Source: a virus
Reading direction: 5' to 3' (one strand)
Length of the DNA: 64,000 nt
IMG/VR virus record: IMGVR_UViG_3300025648_000013
In this document: positions 51,925 to 62,747 of the stretch, piece by piece
How positions within the stretch are numbered: the stretch's first letter is position 1
Layout: each line of letters starts with the position of its first letter
Translations under genes and position numbers: made by a program
The notes under the pieces: generated by a model
What the model was told of the DNA's origin: nothing
Databases searched by the model: none
Seen by the model: only the letters and a program-made list of their open reading frames with translations

Positions 51925-53399
51925 TGTCTTTTGTTTTCACTAATAACGTTGCCATAGAAAACAGCAATAGTTCTCCTATTACCAATACAACACCGCTTCC
52001 AGTAGTTGGTAATATTGCTATCTCTGGTGTATCTAACACAAACATCTACAATAGCAATGGCACATCAATTGCCAACACAACACCACTTCCTGTTGGTGTA
52101 CAATCAAACACAACAAACTACGTCTATGTTCAACAAGCTCCAACGTGGTCACAAGATGCATTATCAAAGACTAGAACATCAGCTACACTAAACCAAGAAT
52201 GGTATGTTCCTGTAGTTGATGACGATACGTCATTTAGATGGTCACAAGCACTAAACGGAACAAATGCAAACAGCCAATTCTTAGCAAACACTGCCGAAAT
52301 TCAAATGACTAGTGGTAACACTGCTGCTGGTTATACATATCGTCAGACTTTTTCTAAGTTCAAGATTGTTCCTGGTACATCACACCTAATCTATACTACA
52401 CTAAACTTCACAGCTAACACAACTGAATCGGGTGTTACTAGACGATCTGGTATGTTTGATCCATCAAATGGTATCTATTGGGAACAGGGTGGTGCATCAG
52501 CAAATACTCTTGCCATTGTTGTAAGAAGAACTGTTGCTAATGGTTCTGTCATTGAAGATCGTGTATATGCAAACAGCTTTAATACAGATAAGCTAGATGG
52601 CACTGGTCCTTCTGGTTTTAACATCTTTACAAATGGATTCAACAAATACTATACGTTCTGGTTCGACTTTATTGGTGGTAGAACTGGTCGTATTCGTTTT
52701 GGTATGGGCACACCTATTGGTCCACAAATCTGTCACGTTCAAAGCTATACTGCACCTGGGCTAACAACAAACTTTATCACTGACAACAGCTTACCGCTTC
52801 GTAGAGAAATCTTCAACTCATCTACACAAACGACACCACCCACATTCAACATGTCTGGTATTTCGTTTCAAGCAGAATCACCGTCATCGTTTAATCCATC
52901 ACCTACTACTGCATATAATACGAATGGATACATTTCAGGCACAACACTAACACCAATCATGTCTATTGGGTTACGAGCTGGTGTACCGTATCAAAGCGCA
53001 GATATTACTCCTGGTGAGTTTAATCTTGTTGATATTAACAACCAAGGCAAAAACTCTACTGCCGCAACGTTCTTATATACAGTCGTATATAATGCCAATG
53101 TAAACGGAACATATGCATTTAATGGCAATAGTGCGGTATCTAATTCAAATACAGGCAGAGCAAGTCAGTATTGGACCTGGAGCAACACAGCAACAATAAC
53201 TGGTGGATTGACTGTACTTTCTGGCATCACACAATCAGGTGCAATATCGGCAGCATTTGATGGTCTACCTGGAACGTTTAACTTGGGCGCAGATATCAAT
53301 CAAAACCCTGCAACACTGACCTTGTGTGTGAGACAGTTGGCGGCTGGTGGCGGTACGTCAAACGTTGTGTCATCTTGGAACTTTATCGAGCAACTATAA
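51924..53399 (+). CDS. virion structural protein (beta-rich)
   Basis: DKLDGTGPSG, GRIRFG; Thr/Asn-rich. Confidence 0.6.
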   Translation: MSFVFTNNVAIENSNSSPITNTTPLPVVGNIAISGVSNTNIYNSNGTSIANTTPLPVGVQSNTTNYVYVQQAPTWSQDALSKTRTSATLNQEWYVPVVDDDTSFRWSQALNGTNANSQFLANTAEIQMTSGNTAAGYTYRQTFSKFKIVPGTSHLIYTTLNFTANTTESGVTRRSGMFDPSNGIYWEQGGASANTLAIVVRRTVANGSVIEDRVYANSFNTDKLDGTGPSGFNIFTNGFNKYYTFWFDFIGGRTGRIRFGMGTPIGPQICHVQSYTAPGLTTNFITDNSLPLRREIFNSSTQTTPPTFNMSGISFQAESPSSFNPSPTTAYNTNGYISGTTLTPIMSIGLRAGVPYQSADITPGEFNLVDINNQGKNSTAATFLYTVVYNANVNGTYAFNGNSAVSNSNTGRASQYWTWSNTATITGGLTVLSGITQSGAISAAFDGLPGTFNLGADINQNPATLTLCVRQLAAGGGTSNVVSSWNFIEQL

Positions 53400-54277
53400 T
53401 GAAAAACTTTGGCACATTCACAGAACAAAAGATCAAACTGATTCAAGAGAAGTTGAAGTATGGTATTGGCGATCTTGATCCTGTTCTAAGCAAAGACACA
53501 ATGGATTATCACTATCACGGGCTGGCTGCCAAATATGTTGAAAGGTATAATAAGAATGAAGGTGATAAAGACTTTAACTTTGGTGGCGCTATTCTGCATA
53601 ACTTGTATTTCGCTCAGTTCTGCGAATCAGGATCTTCTGAGTTTGGAGGCACAGCAAAAGAAAAGATTGGCGGAATACAGAGCCTATATGAAAAGATAGA
53701 AGAAGTCGCAAAGGGCATTCAAGGATCTGGATGGATCTATCTTGATGATAAGTGTGATATTCATGTTATTCCAAATCACGAATATCATTCAGGAATGAAA
53801 ATAGTTCTTTTGATTGATTGGTGGGAACACGCTTGGGCGCTTGACTATAAAGCAGACAAGATGGAGTATCTGAAGAACATCTTCAAGATCATTGACTGGT
53901 CGGTAATCTCTGGTCGATTTGTTTCAATGCTAAAAGAAGAAAGCGAAGTTGCTTCTATTCCTGCTGGTCCACAAGGGCAGATGCAGGATGTATTGAAGAA
54001 TCCATCTCTAATGCACAACGACAAGAATCAAGCATATGCCGCTGCTGAAAAGATGGCATCAGAACAAACCAACATAGATGATCGCGCATACATTCTTTCA
54101 TACAGAGACTACCAGCGCGCTCATGTCAAGCAATTTGTTGTCATATATAATAAGACATTACTCTCACAGGCTCCAGACTGGAAAGAACGTGGGTACACGA
54201 TTATTGGCTGGGTTTCAAGAAAAGACGGCAAAGTAATCAAAACACCAGATGGCAGATACGTAAAGGAACAACAATGA
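53399..54277 (+). CDS. sod: Fe/Mn superoxide dismutase with a C-terminal extension
   Basis: YHY, LHNLYF, QGSGW, DWWEHA. Confidence 0.85.
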   Translation: MKNFGTFTEQKIKLIQEKLKYGIGDLDPVLSKDTMDYHYHGLAAKYVERYNKNEGDKDFNFGGAILHNLYFAQFCESGSSEFGGTAKEKIGGIQSLYEKIEEVAKGIQGSGWIYLDDKCDIHVIPNHEYHSGMKIVLLIDWWEHAWALDYKADKMEYLKNIFKIIDWSVISGRFVSMLKEESEVASIPAGPQGQMQDVLKNPSLMHNDKNQAYAAAEKMASEQTNIDDRAYILSYRDYQRAHVKQFVVIYNKTLLSQAPDWKERGYTIIGWVSRKDGKVIKTPDGRYVKEQQ

Positions 54278-54735
54278 GCGATCTTGGCGATGCACTTAGG
54301 GTAGCACTAGCAGACACATTTGCTTTTTATTTGAAGATTCATGGGTATCATTGGAATGTAACTGGCGAAGACTTCTATGAGTTTCATAAGTTTTTCAATA
54401 AACTATATGATGAAGTGTGGGAAGCAGTTGATGCTATAGCAGAACACATTAGAGCAATTGATGAATATGCTCCAGGATCACTCAGTCGTTTCTCAGAACT
54501 GACAAATATTGAAGATGCTGTAACTATTCCATTGAAAACAGGAAATGTTTCTACTGCTGTGCAAATGGCATCACAACTTTTACATGACAATGAAATCGTT
54601 ATTCAATCGCTTACTCGTGCATATCATGAAGCAGAAGCAGAAAAAGAACTTGGTGTCAGCAACTTTCTACAAGATCGCATTGACATTCACCACAAACACG
54701 GTTGGCAACTTCGTTCTACGGTAAAAAACAGATGA
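54274..54735 (+). CDS. dps: Dps DNA-protecting ferritin
   Basis: HWNVTG..FHKFF..DAIAEHIR..H.KHGWQLRS. Confidence 0.93.
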   Translation: MSDLGDALRVALADTFAFYLKIHGYHWNVTGEDFYEFHKFFNKLYDEVWEAVDAIAEHIRAIDEYAPGSLSRFSELTNIEDAVTIPLKTGNVSTAVQMASQLLHDNEIVIQSLTRAYHEAEAEKELGVSNFLQDRIDIHHKHGWQLRSTVKNR

Positions 54736-55391
54736 AAGATAGAATACCATACACATATAGAGTAACACATATTACTTCTGGCAAACAATATTATGGTTGC
54801 AGATTTGCAAAAGGTTGTCATCCTGACGATTTGGGTAAAGAATATTTTACTTCTTCTAAAGTGATAAAGGATATCATAGATAAAGAAGGAAAAGATGTTT
54901 TGATATTTGAAGTAAGAAAGACCTTTGATTGTGTAGTAAAGTGTCAAAAGTATGAAAATGAAGTTTTAAAAAGATTGAAAGTTACTCAAAACGAAAAGTG
55001 GTTAAATCGTTACTATGGTCACATATACAAAACTGAAGATCAGTCTTTGGGTGGCTTAAACCTTAAAGAAAGACGAAAATCTGATAAGTTATTTGATGAA
55101 AACGTTCGTAACAATATTTCTAAATCAATAAAGATCGCCAATGAAGAAGGAAAGTGTGGCTTTTCATTAGGACATGCAAATATCGCGGGTAGTATAGGCG
55201 GAAAAAGCAAAAGCGCAGAAAAACTAAAATCATGTGAAGCCAACGTCAAGAAAGCACAACAAAGTATAATGGGTTCTGTGTGGATATTTAATCCCACTAT
55301 ATCAAAAAGAAAACGAATAAGAAAAGAAGATTTAGAACAATATCTTCAGATCGGTTGGATCGACAAGATGGGTTCCACAAAGAATCGATAA
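54732..55391 (+). mobile_element. GIY-YIG endonuclease (HE6), coupled to dps, without the leader
   Basis: IPYTY..YYGCRFAKGCHP..YFTSS..WLN; ATGA overlap. Confidence 0.82.
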
Positions 55392-55434
55392 TCAGTTTTT
55401 ATAAATACAGAAAAGAATCCTGTAGGAGCGCCCG

Positions 55435-57144
55435 ATGCCAATCAATAAAGATACACCAACATCTGAAATCATTCATGACTTTGTGAAATCAAAGAATCCA
55501 AAGTTCGCGGGCAAGAGTAAGGCCGAGCGAGTGAAGCAGGCTGTTGCTGCATCTTATAAGGTTCATGGTGAAGAAGTTGAAGAATCAAACAACACACCAT
55601 ATGTAAGAAAGAGCAAGACAAATCCAAATGCTTGGGATGCAATGAACAAGCACGGTAAGGTAAAGACGTTTGGTGCAGAGTTTAAAGATTCTGCTATGCG
55701 TCATGCCGGTCTCACTAATGAAGAAGTTGAACATATTGATGAGATATTCAGCGATGGACCTGAAAAATTTACAGATGATCATCCAGCACAAAAAGAGTTC
55801 TACAGCAGACTTAAAAGTGAAGCACATCCTTTTTTGAATACAAGTTTTAGAAAGTATGCCGACAAAAGAGATTCTATTAAAAATGAAGTCGCAAAAAAAC
55901 ACAATGTTGATCCAAAAAGCTTTTCAGATTTTTCATCCGATGATATTTCAAATTTGACTGGCAGAAAATCTACGAAAGAAGAAACCGAACTAGAAGAAGC
56001 ACGAGGTCGCCCAAAGAAGGATCTTGGATACACAATCAATCCTAATAATAAAGAAAAACTCTATCATGATAATCCCGAGCATATGGATCGCATTCGCAGG
56101 CTTCGCAAGAATGGTGTATTGCCGCCAGAACAACACGCGCCATCAGAACACATCATCAACATACTAAGGCAAGCTTCTACCAATCAGACTGGTGGTCAAG
56201 ACATCAAGTATGAGAATGGTAAGACACATCACGTATCAGGCTCTATGGCATCAAAGACATTAGATCACTATAATAGTCTACCAAAGCCTGCGGATAAAGA
56301 AGCATTTCAAGCCAAGATTCGTAAATCACATGAAGAACACAAATCATCCTTAGGGGAAGAAGTAATGTCAGAAGAAACAAAAGCGCCACTTTGGGGTGTA
56401 AGTTCATCAAACAAGTTCCGTAATCTGGAAGAAATGGATAAATCTCCAGAAACCAAGTTTGATCGTGCAGGACAAGATCGTGCTAAAGATAAAACAGCAA
56501 CTCCAATCGGTGCAAAGAAGTTTGTCAAAGATGCCGAATCTGCAATGAATAAGTCTTTCAGTAAAGAAGAAGCCGAACTAGAAGAAAAGAAGCTAATCGG
56601 CAAGCAGAAGAAGCTTGATAAAAACGACAATGGTCATCTAGACGCTGAAGACTTCAAGATGCTTCGTAAAGAAGAGTTGATGTCTCTGTTCGCAGATGCA
56701 CTTGAAGAAGGTATCTTTGACGAGTCAGATATTGATCGTCGAGTTGAGAAGGAACTAGAAAATCTGGAAGTCCAGATTTTAAATCTGGAAGAGTTGTCAA
56801 AAGGAACTCTAGGTTCTTATGTTAAGAAAGCAACCGTTGACGTTCATAATAATGCATATAATGCTGGCAAAAAAGAAGGAAGCGGTAAGCGATTTGATCA
56901 AGAGAAACTTATGAATGGATTTGGTCGACAAATCGGTATTCAAAAGGCAGTAACTAAACTTGCCAAAGAAGAAACCATCAGCGAATCAAATGAACAAAAG
57001 GTAACACCTTATACTGCTGCTTCGCGCTATCATGCTGTCGAATCTGCTGTTCGTGATATCATGTCACAAAATCAGAATCTAAAGAAGATCGCTGAAGAAG
57101 AAACATTTCGTAGAAACAATCCAGGTCTATTCAAGGATAAATAA
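55435..57144 (+). CDS. modular head-internal protein with repeated prohead-protease-like sites
   Basis: IHDFVKSKNPKFAGKS; EEVEE and ELEE linkers; LDKNDNGHLDAEDF; ELSKGTLGSYVKKA. Confidence 0.6.
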   Translation: MPINKDTPTSEIIHDFVKSKNPKFAGKSKAERVKQAVAASYKVHGEEVEESNNTPYVRKSKTNPNAWDAMNKHGKVKTFGAEFKDSAMRHAGLTNEEVEHIDEIFSDGPEKFTDDHPAQKEFYSRLKSEAHPFLNTSFRKYADKRDSIKNEVAKKHNVDPKSFSDFSSDDISNLTGRKSTKEETELEEARGRPKKDLGYTINPNNKEKLYHDNPEHMDRIRRLRKNGVLPPEQHAPSEHIINILRQASTNQTGGQDIKYENGKTHHVSGSMASKTLDHYNSLPKPADKEAFQAKIRKSHEEHKSSLGEEVMSEETKAPLWGVSSSNKFRNLEEMDKSPETKFDRAGQDRAKDKTATPIGAKKFVKDAESAMNKSFSKEEAELEEKKLIGKQKKLDKNDNGHLDAEDFKMLRKEELMSLFADALEEGIFDESDIDRRVEKELENLEVQILNLEELSKGTLGSYVKKATVDVHNNAYNAGKKEGSGKRFDQEKLMNGFGRQIGIQKAVTKLAKEETISESNEQKVTPYTAASRYHAVESAVRDIMSQNQNLKKIAEEETFRRNNPGLFKDK

Positions 57145-57345
57145 GTGCCTATTATAGCACATAATATCATTATCACGAATAAGCAGGAAGCCGTACCTCA
57201 GATCAAACACCAAGAAGAGGTGCATCTGAAAGTATCGGCTCCTCCTGTTGTGAAAGTAACGGCTAATGTTGCTGTGGTGCAAATCCCAGACTTTGTTGAG
57301 AAGCCATCTGACTACGTTTCAAGCATGTTTCATTTGCATAAATAG
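57145..57345 (+). CDS. hypothetical protein
   Basis: ORF adjacent to the preceding gene. Confidence 0.45.
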   Translation: MPIIAHNIIITNKQEAVPQIKHQEEVHLKVSAPPVVKVTANVAVVQIPDFVEKPSDYVSSMFHLHK

Positions 57346-57382
57346 ATAAATAATCACAAAAGAACTCGCAAGGAGAATACGA

Positions 57383-59425
57383 ATGGCTTTATGGAAATCA
57401 ACAGATCAAGCAAACTCTGCACCAAAGTTTTATGGCATTACTGCAAAAGATAAAGCTTATGCACAGCAAGCTAACGTCACTACAACTGGAACATTTACTC
57501 AAGGTAGTAATGTCATCTCTTCAATGGCATCAACTGTAGGTGTTACAGTCAATCAGCTAGTCATTTCAAACACTGTGCTGGCTAACCTATCATCTGGTGC
57601 TATCGTTACAGGTATCATCAACTCAACCGCAGTTCAAATGTCACAGACATTTTCAGGTACAACTGCTGCTAGTGCAAATATTACTTTTGATTATAACCAC
57701 GTAACTGGTTATAACCTATACAACAACACTACACCAAATGCATTCCAGAACAACCAAGCTCTTGGCGTATTCAATATGTTGAATATTCCAAACTATGTTA
57801 CTGTAACTGCAAACACCATTGCTGGCAATAACATTCTAACCAATCCAACACCAGCATTTGCAAACACACAGACGGGTGCCCTTTCACAGGGTAACGCGAT
57901 TATGACTGGTCTAACATCGACCGCAAACATTGCTCCTGGTATGGCAATCTATGGTACTGCTGCTAATACAACTGGCGGTTCACCAGTTTGGTCAAACACT
58001 GGCTCATATGCTGCTGTTGCTAACGTGATCAACTCAACCGCTGTTCTATTGAACACCACATCACCACTAACAAACGCATCATCAACTTTCTTCTTCTCAA
58101 AGATTGCACCAGGTATGGTCGCTTCTGGTAATAACCTACCAGTACTACCAACACTTTATGGTACAACTTCAACAAACACCGCAACAATCACTGGCACCAT
58201 TTCAAATGGTACAATCGGTTCAAATGGTAACATTCTAAACGTTACATCATTTACTGGTCCAGTACTTGCTGTTGGTCAAGAACTACTTGCTAACGCAACT
58301 CTCGGTATCGCAAACGGCACTTATGTTGTTTCATCAACTGCCACAAACGGTATCGGTAACTATGTACTAAGCGGCAACTCAATCTCAAACGGCGCTTCTG
58401 GTGCTACTGTTACAATGTCAACTGTTCTTCCTAAGGTTGTTGCAGTCAACGCTACTACAGTTACACTATCATCAAACGCTTATGCGACTGGTTCTTCTAC
58501 TGGCAACACTGTAAACTTCTCAACATATGAACAAACAGTATTTGGCCACAGCCAACATGCTGGTTGGACAGAAGTTCGTTACGGTTCAGGTCCAGTTGCT
58601 ACATTCACTGTTAACTCAACTTCAACTTCAGGTTATGCTAACGGAGAAACAGTCATCGTATCTGGTGGTTCTGCTAATGCTCTCGGCATTATCACAACTA
58701 ACGCTGGTGCTGCTGGTTCAGGCGCTAACATCGCTTCTGTTGCACTTGCTTATCCAGGTGCTGGTTTCACCAACACTTCAGTTGCTTCACTAACCTATCA
58801 GCATCAGCTACACGTTGCTAACGTTACAGCAACTGGTACGCCTTCAGGCTATGTTGTTGGCGACAAAGTTACTGTCACTGCTACTTTTGCTCTCGCATCA
58901 TTCACTGGTGTTATTGCTAATGGTATCCTAACTGCATCATCAGTAACAGGTACGATCACAGTCGGCAATATCATCACTGGTACAGGCGTTGCTACAGGTA
59001 CACAGATCCTTGCACAGCTATCAGGTACTGCTGGTGGTGCTGGAACATATGTCGTAACCAACAGCGTCAACGTTGCTAGTGCTTCTATGGCATCATCTGG
59101 TCAGATTGTTGCTGCTACTGCAAACCTAACATCAACTTCAGTTGCAAACTCAAACATCACGATCACAAACCCAGGATTGTTCACAAACGGTCTAACAACT
59201 GCTAACCTAGTATTCACTTACTCAAATTCGAGCGGTGGTACAGGTACAGGTACAGGCATTACGTTTGCTGGTTCATTTGGTGCAGCATCTTCAGGTGCAC
59301 CAGTCAACGTGACACTTGGTGGTCGTTCTGGTCGTACATACGTTGAAACACTAGTTGCTCTAACTGGCACTTCACCTTATGTAACTGAAAACGCTGCTGA
59401 TAATGGTACATTCCCTAACTCATAA
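57383..59425 (+). CDS. Thr/Ser/Gly/Asn-rich virion fibre or decoration protein
   Basis: MALW start, HAGW, GRSGRTYVETLVAL end. Confidence 0.7.
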   Translation: MALWKSTDQANSAPKFYGITAKDKAYAQQANVTTTGTFTQGSNVISSMASTVGVTVNQLVISNTVLANLSSGAIVTGIINSTAVQMSQTFSGTTAASANITFDYNHVTGYNLYNNTTPNAFQNNQALGVFNMLNIPNYVTVTANTIAGNNILTNPTPAFANTQTGALSQGNAIMTGLTSTANIAPGMAIYGTAANTTGGSPVWSNTGSYAAVANVINSTAVLLNTTSPLTNASSTFFFSKIAPGMVASGNNLPVLPTLYGTTSTNTATITGTISNGTIGSNGNILNVTSFTGPVLAVGQELLANATLGIANGTYVVSSTATNGIGNYVLSGNSISNGASGATVTMSTVLPKVVAVNATTVTLSSNAYATGSSTGNTVNFSTYEQTVFGHSQHAGWTEVRYGSGPVATFTVNSTSTSGYANGETVIVSGGSANALGIITTNAGAAGSGANIASVALAYPGAGFTNTSVASLTYQHQLHVANVTATGTPSGYVVGDKVTVTATFALASFTGVIANGILTASSVTGTITVGNIITGTGVATGTQILAQLSGTAGGAGTYVVTNSVNVASASMASSGQIVAATANLTSTSVANSNITITNPGLFTNGLTTANLVFTYSNSSGGTGTGTGITFAGSFGAASSGAPVNVTLGGRSGRTYVETLVALTGTSPYVTENAADNGTFPNS

Positions 59426-59461
59426 GTAATAGTATAACAACAACACACTAGGGGTTTGAAT

Positions 59462-61027
59462 ATGTCAAATGGTCCGATTAAGATTACACAACTACCTGTT
59501 GCAACGACAACAAATCCTACACAGGACTTGATGATCATTGTGCAGAATACTGCCGGTACCAATACGACATATTCTATTACTCCTAGTGTGTTGTTAGCAC
59601 AAACTGCTTATTATACTGCAAACAACGCAAACTATCTAGGTGGAGTTGCTGCTGCTTCTTATCAGCTAAACTCCACCCTTGCTGCAAACATCGCATCATA
59701 TCTTCCAACATATGCTGGCGTAGTCAATGCATCCACTTATACTGTTGGTTCTTTCTTCTTAGCAAACTCAACCGCAACTTACATTGGCAACACTTCTGCA
59801 AACGTACAGATCAGTGGGCTAAACGTTGCTGGTACACCATCCGCACTTGCTGGTTTTGGTAGTTCTAATAGTTCTGTTGATATCGTCATCACCAATGCCA
59901 ACAATGGCGTCAATGCATCATCCGACTTTGCTGCTTATGATAATAACGGTCTAGTTGGAAACAACTTCATTGATATGGGTATCAGTAGTTCCACATTCAG
60001 CGAATCATTCTGGACTATCAATGGACCATCAGATGGTTATCTCTATACTGGCAACACCAATCTTTCAATTGGTGTTGCTGCTTTGGGTGGCGGCACAACA
60101 AATTACATCAACTTCTTTGCCAATGGCACCCTCATCACAAATGAAGTGATGAAAATCACAGCAACCAAAGTAAACATCGGCAACCAAGCTGCTGGTGCAG
60201 TATCGCTTACTGTTGGTAACGGTTCAGTCAATGCTGTAATCAACTCAACGACTGTTGTTACTTCTATTGTCAATGCAACTACAAACGTTTCTACCGTAAC
60301 CGTCTATGCCTCAAATGCGGCAGTATATGCTAGTGCGAATGTTGTAATCAACTCTTCTGGTGTAGCTGTTGCAAATGCTACTGGATCTCTTCTTGTTTCA
60401 ACTATTGGAACAACTCAAGGTTTCTCTGCAAACGCAGCACTAGTTACATTAGGTAACAATACAGTAAACACACAGATCAATGCCACTCACTTCTTTACTG
60501 GTAACTCAACTAACTACGGCTTTGGCAACTCAACATATGAAGCTTTAGTTACTGCGGCTGGTGGGGTAAACACCAGTGTCTATCTGATCAACTCATCTTC
60601 TGCCAATGTTGGTAATAGCACAGTTTATGGATTCGGGAACTCAACTGTTGAAGGATTGTATAATACAGTAGCAAACACTAGCGGTGTATTGACAGCATCA
60701 AACTTGTCTATCGGCAACTCAACATCAAACGTTACAATCAACTCAACTGTAGTTGCTATTGGATCCGCGACATCGGCCGCGAATGGTGCTAGTTATCTTC
60801 CAAATGGGCTAAAGCTAAATTGGGGTTGGGTATCAGCCAGTTCTTCTGCCGGCGCCGTTACTTTTACATCACCTTACACCACAAACGCATGGGTTGTTAT
60901 TGCAACAAGCAACACCGCAGTCGCTACATATGGTGCCGCTGTTACCGCGTGGACAAAGACAGGTGCAACAATCTTAACAGCAAACGCCGCGGCAACTAAT
61001 GTGTTCTGGCAAGCAATCGGAACATAA
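59462..61027 (+). CDS. tail-fibre-like protein
   Basis: IKITQLP start; GNST repeats; C-terminal YLPNGLKLNWG..WQAIG domain. Confidence 0.7.
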   Translation: MSNGPIKITQLPVATTTNPTQDLMIIVQNTAGTNTTYSITPSVLLAQTAYYTANNANYLGGVAAASYQLNSTLAANIASYLPTYAGVVNASTYTVGSFFLANSTATYIGNTSANVQISGLNVAGTPSALAGFGSSNSSVDIVITNANNGVNASSDFAAYDNNGLVGNNFIDMGISSSTFSESFWTINGPSDGYLYTGNTNLSIGVAALGGGTTNYINFFANGTLITNEVMKITATKVNIGNQAAGAVSLTVGNGSVNAVINSTTVVTSIVNATTNVSTVTVYASNAAVYASANVVINSSGVAVANATGSLLVSTIGTTQGFSANAALVTLGNNTVNTQINATHFFTGNSTNYGFGNSTYEALVTAAGGVNTSVYLINSSSANVGNSTVYGFGNSTVEGLYNTVANTSGVLTASNLSIGNSTSNVTINSTVVAIGSATSAANGASYLPNGLKLNWGWVSASSSAGAVTFTSPYTTNAWVVIATSNTAVATYGAAVTAWTKTGATILTANAAATNVFWQAIGT

Positions 61028-61039
61028 TGATATTCCATA

Positions 61040-61432
61040 ATGCATGAAAAACTTGATGAAACAAACTTTTTATTATATTCAGCTAAACATTATGAAAATG
61101 CACAATGTTATGACACTGTGGAGTTTTATGATGACTTGAAGAGATTCAAGTATCTGAAAAGACTATTCAACATCTATTCTGAAAATGGTGATTTGAGGGA
61201 GAGGCTGATACTAAATCATATTATCGTCATTTATAATGTGTTTGGTTTAGTACCAGCCACTCGTATGTTGTTCTTCAAGTTATATGAATACAAAGAAATG
61301 TTGAAGCCCTTCCTTGAACTTCTAAACTATATGCCAGATCATGTTTTAAATATTGGGCTCCAAGGTATAAACATTAAAAACACAGACATTGAGTCTGATA
61401 TATACATCAAGAAGAGGCTAGAGTCAATATGA
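61040..61432 (+). CDS. conserved T4-like hypothetical protein
   Basis: EFYDDLKRFKYLKRL..LILNHIIVIYNVFG. Confidence 0.7.
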   Translation: MHEKLDETNFLLYSAKHYENAQCYDTVEFYDDLKRFKYLKRLFNIYSENGDLRERLILNHIIVIYNVFGLVPATRMLFFKLYEYKEMLKPFLELLNYMPDHVLNIGLQGINIKNTDIESDIYIKKRLESI

Positions 61433-61713
61433 AAAGCTTAAGAGAACTTCAAGAAGAAGTCAAAAAGACCCCATGCAAGGTATGTCACGAAGTCAAGTGT
61501 GATTGCAGCAAAGAAGTCAAGGAAGACGTCGAGTACCAAATGGCTCGTACAGAACTTGAAACAGCAAAGCGCGCTTGTGAGAATCTAATGAAGATGCTCA
61601 AAGGTGAAGGCGATCTTCCTGCTTGGGTACAAACAAAGATCGCTAAAGGCTCTGGCATGTTAGATGCTGCTGCTGACTATATGATGTCAGGCAAAGAAAC
61701 GGGCGACGAATAA
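61429..61713 (+). CDS. hypothetical late protein
   Basis: EYQMAR..LPAWVQTKI. Confidence 0.6.
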   Translation: MKSLRELQEEVKKTPCKVCHEVKCDCSKEVKEDVEYQMARTELETAKRACENLMKMLKGEGDLPAWVQTKIAKGSGMLDAAADYMMSGKETGDE

Positions 61714-62096
61714 TGGAAAGCTTTGCTTCTTTTTGTGAAATGAAAGATGATCCTTGCTGGAAGGGTTATCAGATGGTGGGCAAAAAGAAAAAGAATGGCA
61801 AAGAAGTTCCTAACTGTGTCCCCGTCAAGGAAGATGTTCTTGTAGAGCGCGGCGCAGACTCTAAGGGATACTATCGTTCTACCGAATCTGGTGCTGGATT
61901 GACAGCAAAGGGCGCTAAACACTTTGGTATTCATACTGCCGTTACAAAGAAGCCAAGCGAACTAAATCCTGAAGGCAAAGCAGCGAAGCGCAGAAAATCA
62001 TTTTGTGCTAGAATGAAAGGCAATCCAGGTCCAATGAAAGACGAAAAGGGTCGCCCAACACGCAAAGCAATGTCTCTAAGAAGGTGGCACTGCTAA
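61713..62096 (+). CDS. hypothetical late protein (CWKGY..VPNCVP; RRKSFCARM)
   Basis: Motifs recurrent in T4-like phages. Confidence 0.65.
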   Translation: MESFASFCEMKDDPCWKGYQMVGKKKKNGKEVPNCVPVKEDVLVERGADSKGYYRSTESGAGLTAKGAKHFGIHTAVTKKPSELNPEGKAAKRRKSFCARMKGNPGPMKDEKGRPTRKAMSLRRWHC

Positions 62097-62347
62097 TGAA
62101 AAAGTTTAGAGATTTCAGAAGCGATCTAAACGAGACTTCTGGTGCGGCACCAGCAGTGGTGGACGCAGGTCTTGCTAGTGTGATAGATCCCAACACAGGA
62201 AAGCCAGCATCGCCTCCAGTGTACAGGAAAAAGCAAAAAACCTACCAAGAAAAAGAAGCTGATCGCCAGAAAGAATACGCTAAAGGTCCATCACAGATGC
62301 AAAGACGTGTAATGGGTGGAGTAAACATGGGAGGGTTCGGTGCTTAA
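62096..62347 (+). CDS. hypothetical late protein
   Basis: TAATG coupling; MKKFRDF N-terminus. Confidence 0.55.
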   Translation: MKKFRDFRSDLNETSGAAPAVVDAGLASVIDPNTGKPASPPVYRKKQKTYQEKEADRQKEYAKGPSQMQRRVMGGVNMGGFGA

Positions 62348-62747
62348 CTTTGTTTCAAATCTTTGGAATACTATCAAGGGATTTTCACCTTCTGGTATTC
62401 TTATGTCTTTGGCACCATATGGCATTGCACTATTGATTGGTGTACTTGGATACAACTATGTTTATGATAAAGGATACAATGCAGCTAAGGCACAATGCAA
62501 TGCTGCTGTGATCCAATCTACGGTAGATGCTCAAACGATACAAATAAATAACTTGAAGAAACAACTTTCTGATGAGCAAACCGCTTTACAGAATGCCCAG
62601 ACAAGTAAACAGATTGTCGTCCAGAAAGTTATACAGGCAAAACAGGTGATCGACCATGAAGTACAAGACATTCCTAGCTGCGATGTTGATGCTACCGTTA
62701 TCGGCGTGCTTAACGGCGCCCGCACGACCACCAGTAATAGTAACTAA
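62340..62747 (+). CDS. putative i-spanin (Rz-like)
   Basis: N-terminal TM, coiled coil, Cys; overlapped by a lipoprotein ORF. Confidence 0.65.
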   Translation: MLNFVSNLWNTIKGFSPSGILMSLAPYGIALLIGVLGYNYVYDKGYNAAKAQCNAAVIQSTVDAQTIQINNLKKQLSDEQTALQNAQTSKQIVVQKVIQAKQVIDHEVQDIPSCDVDATVIGVLNGARTTTSNSN

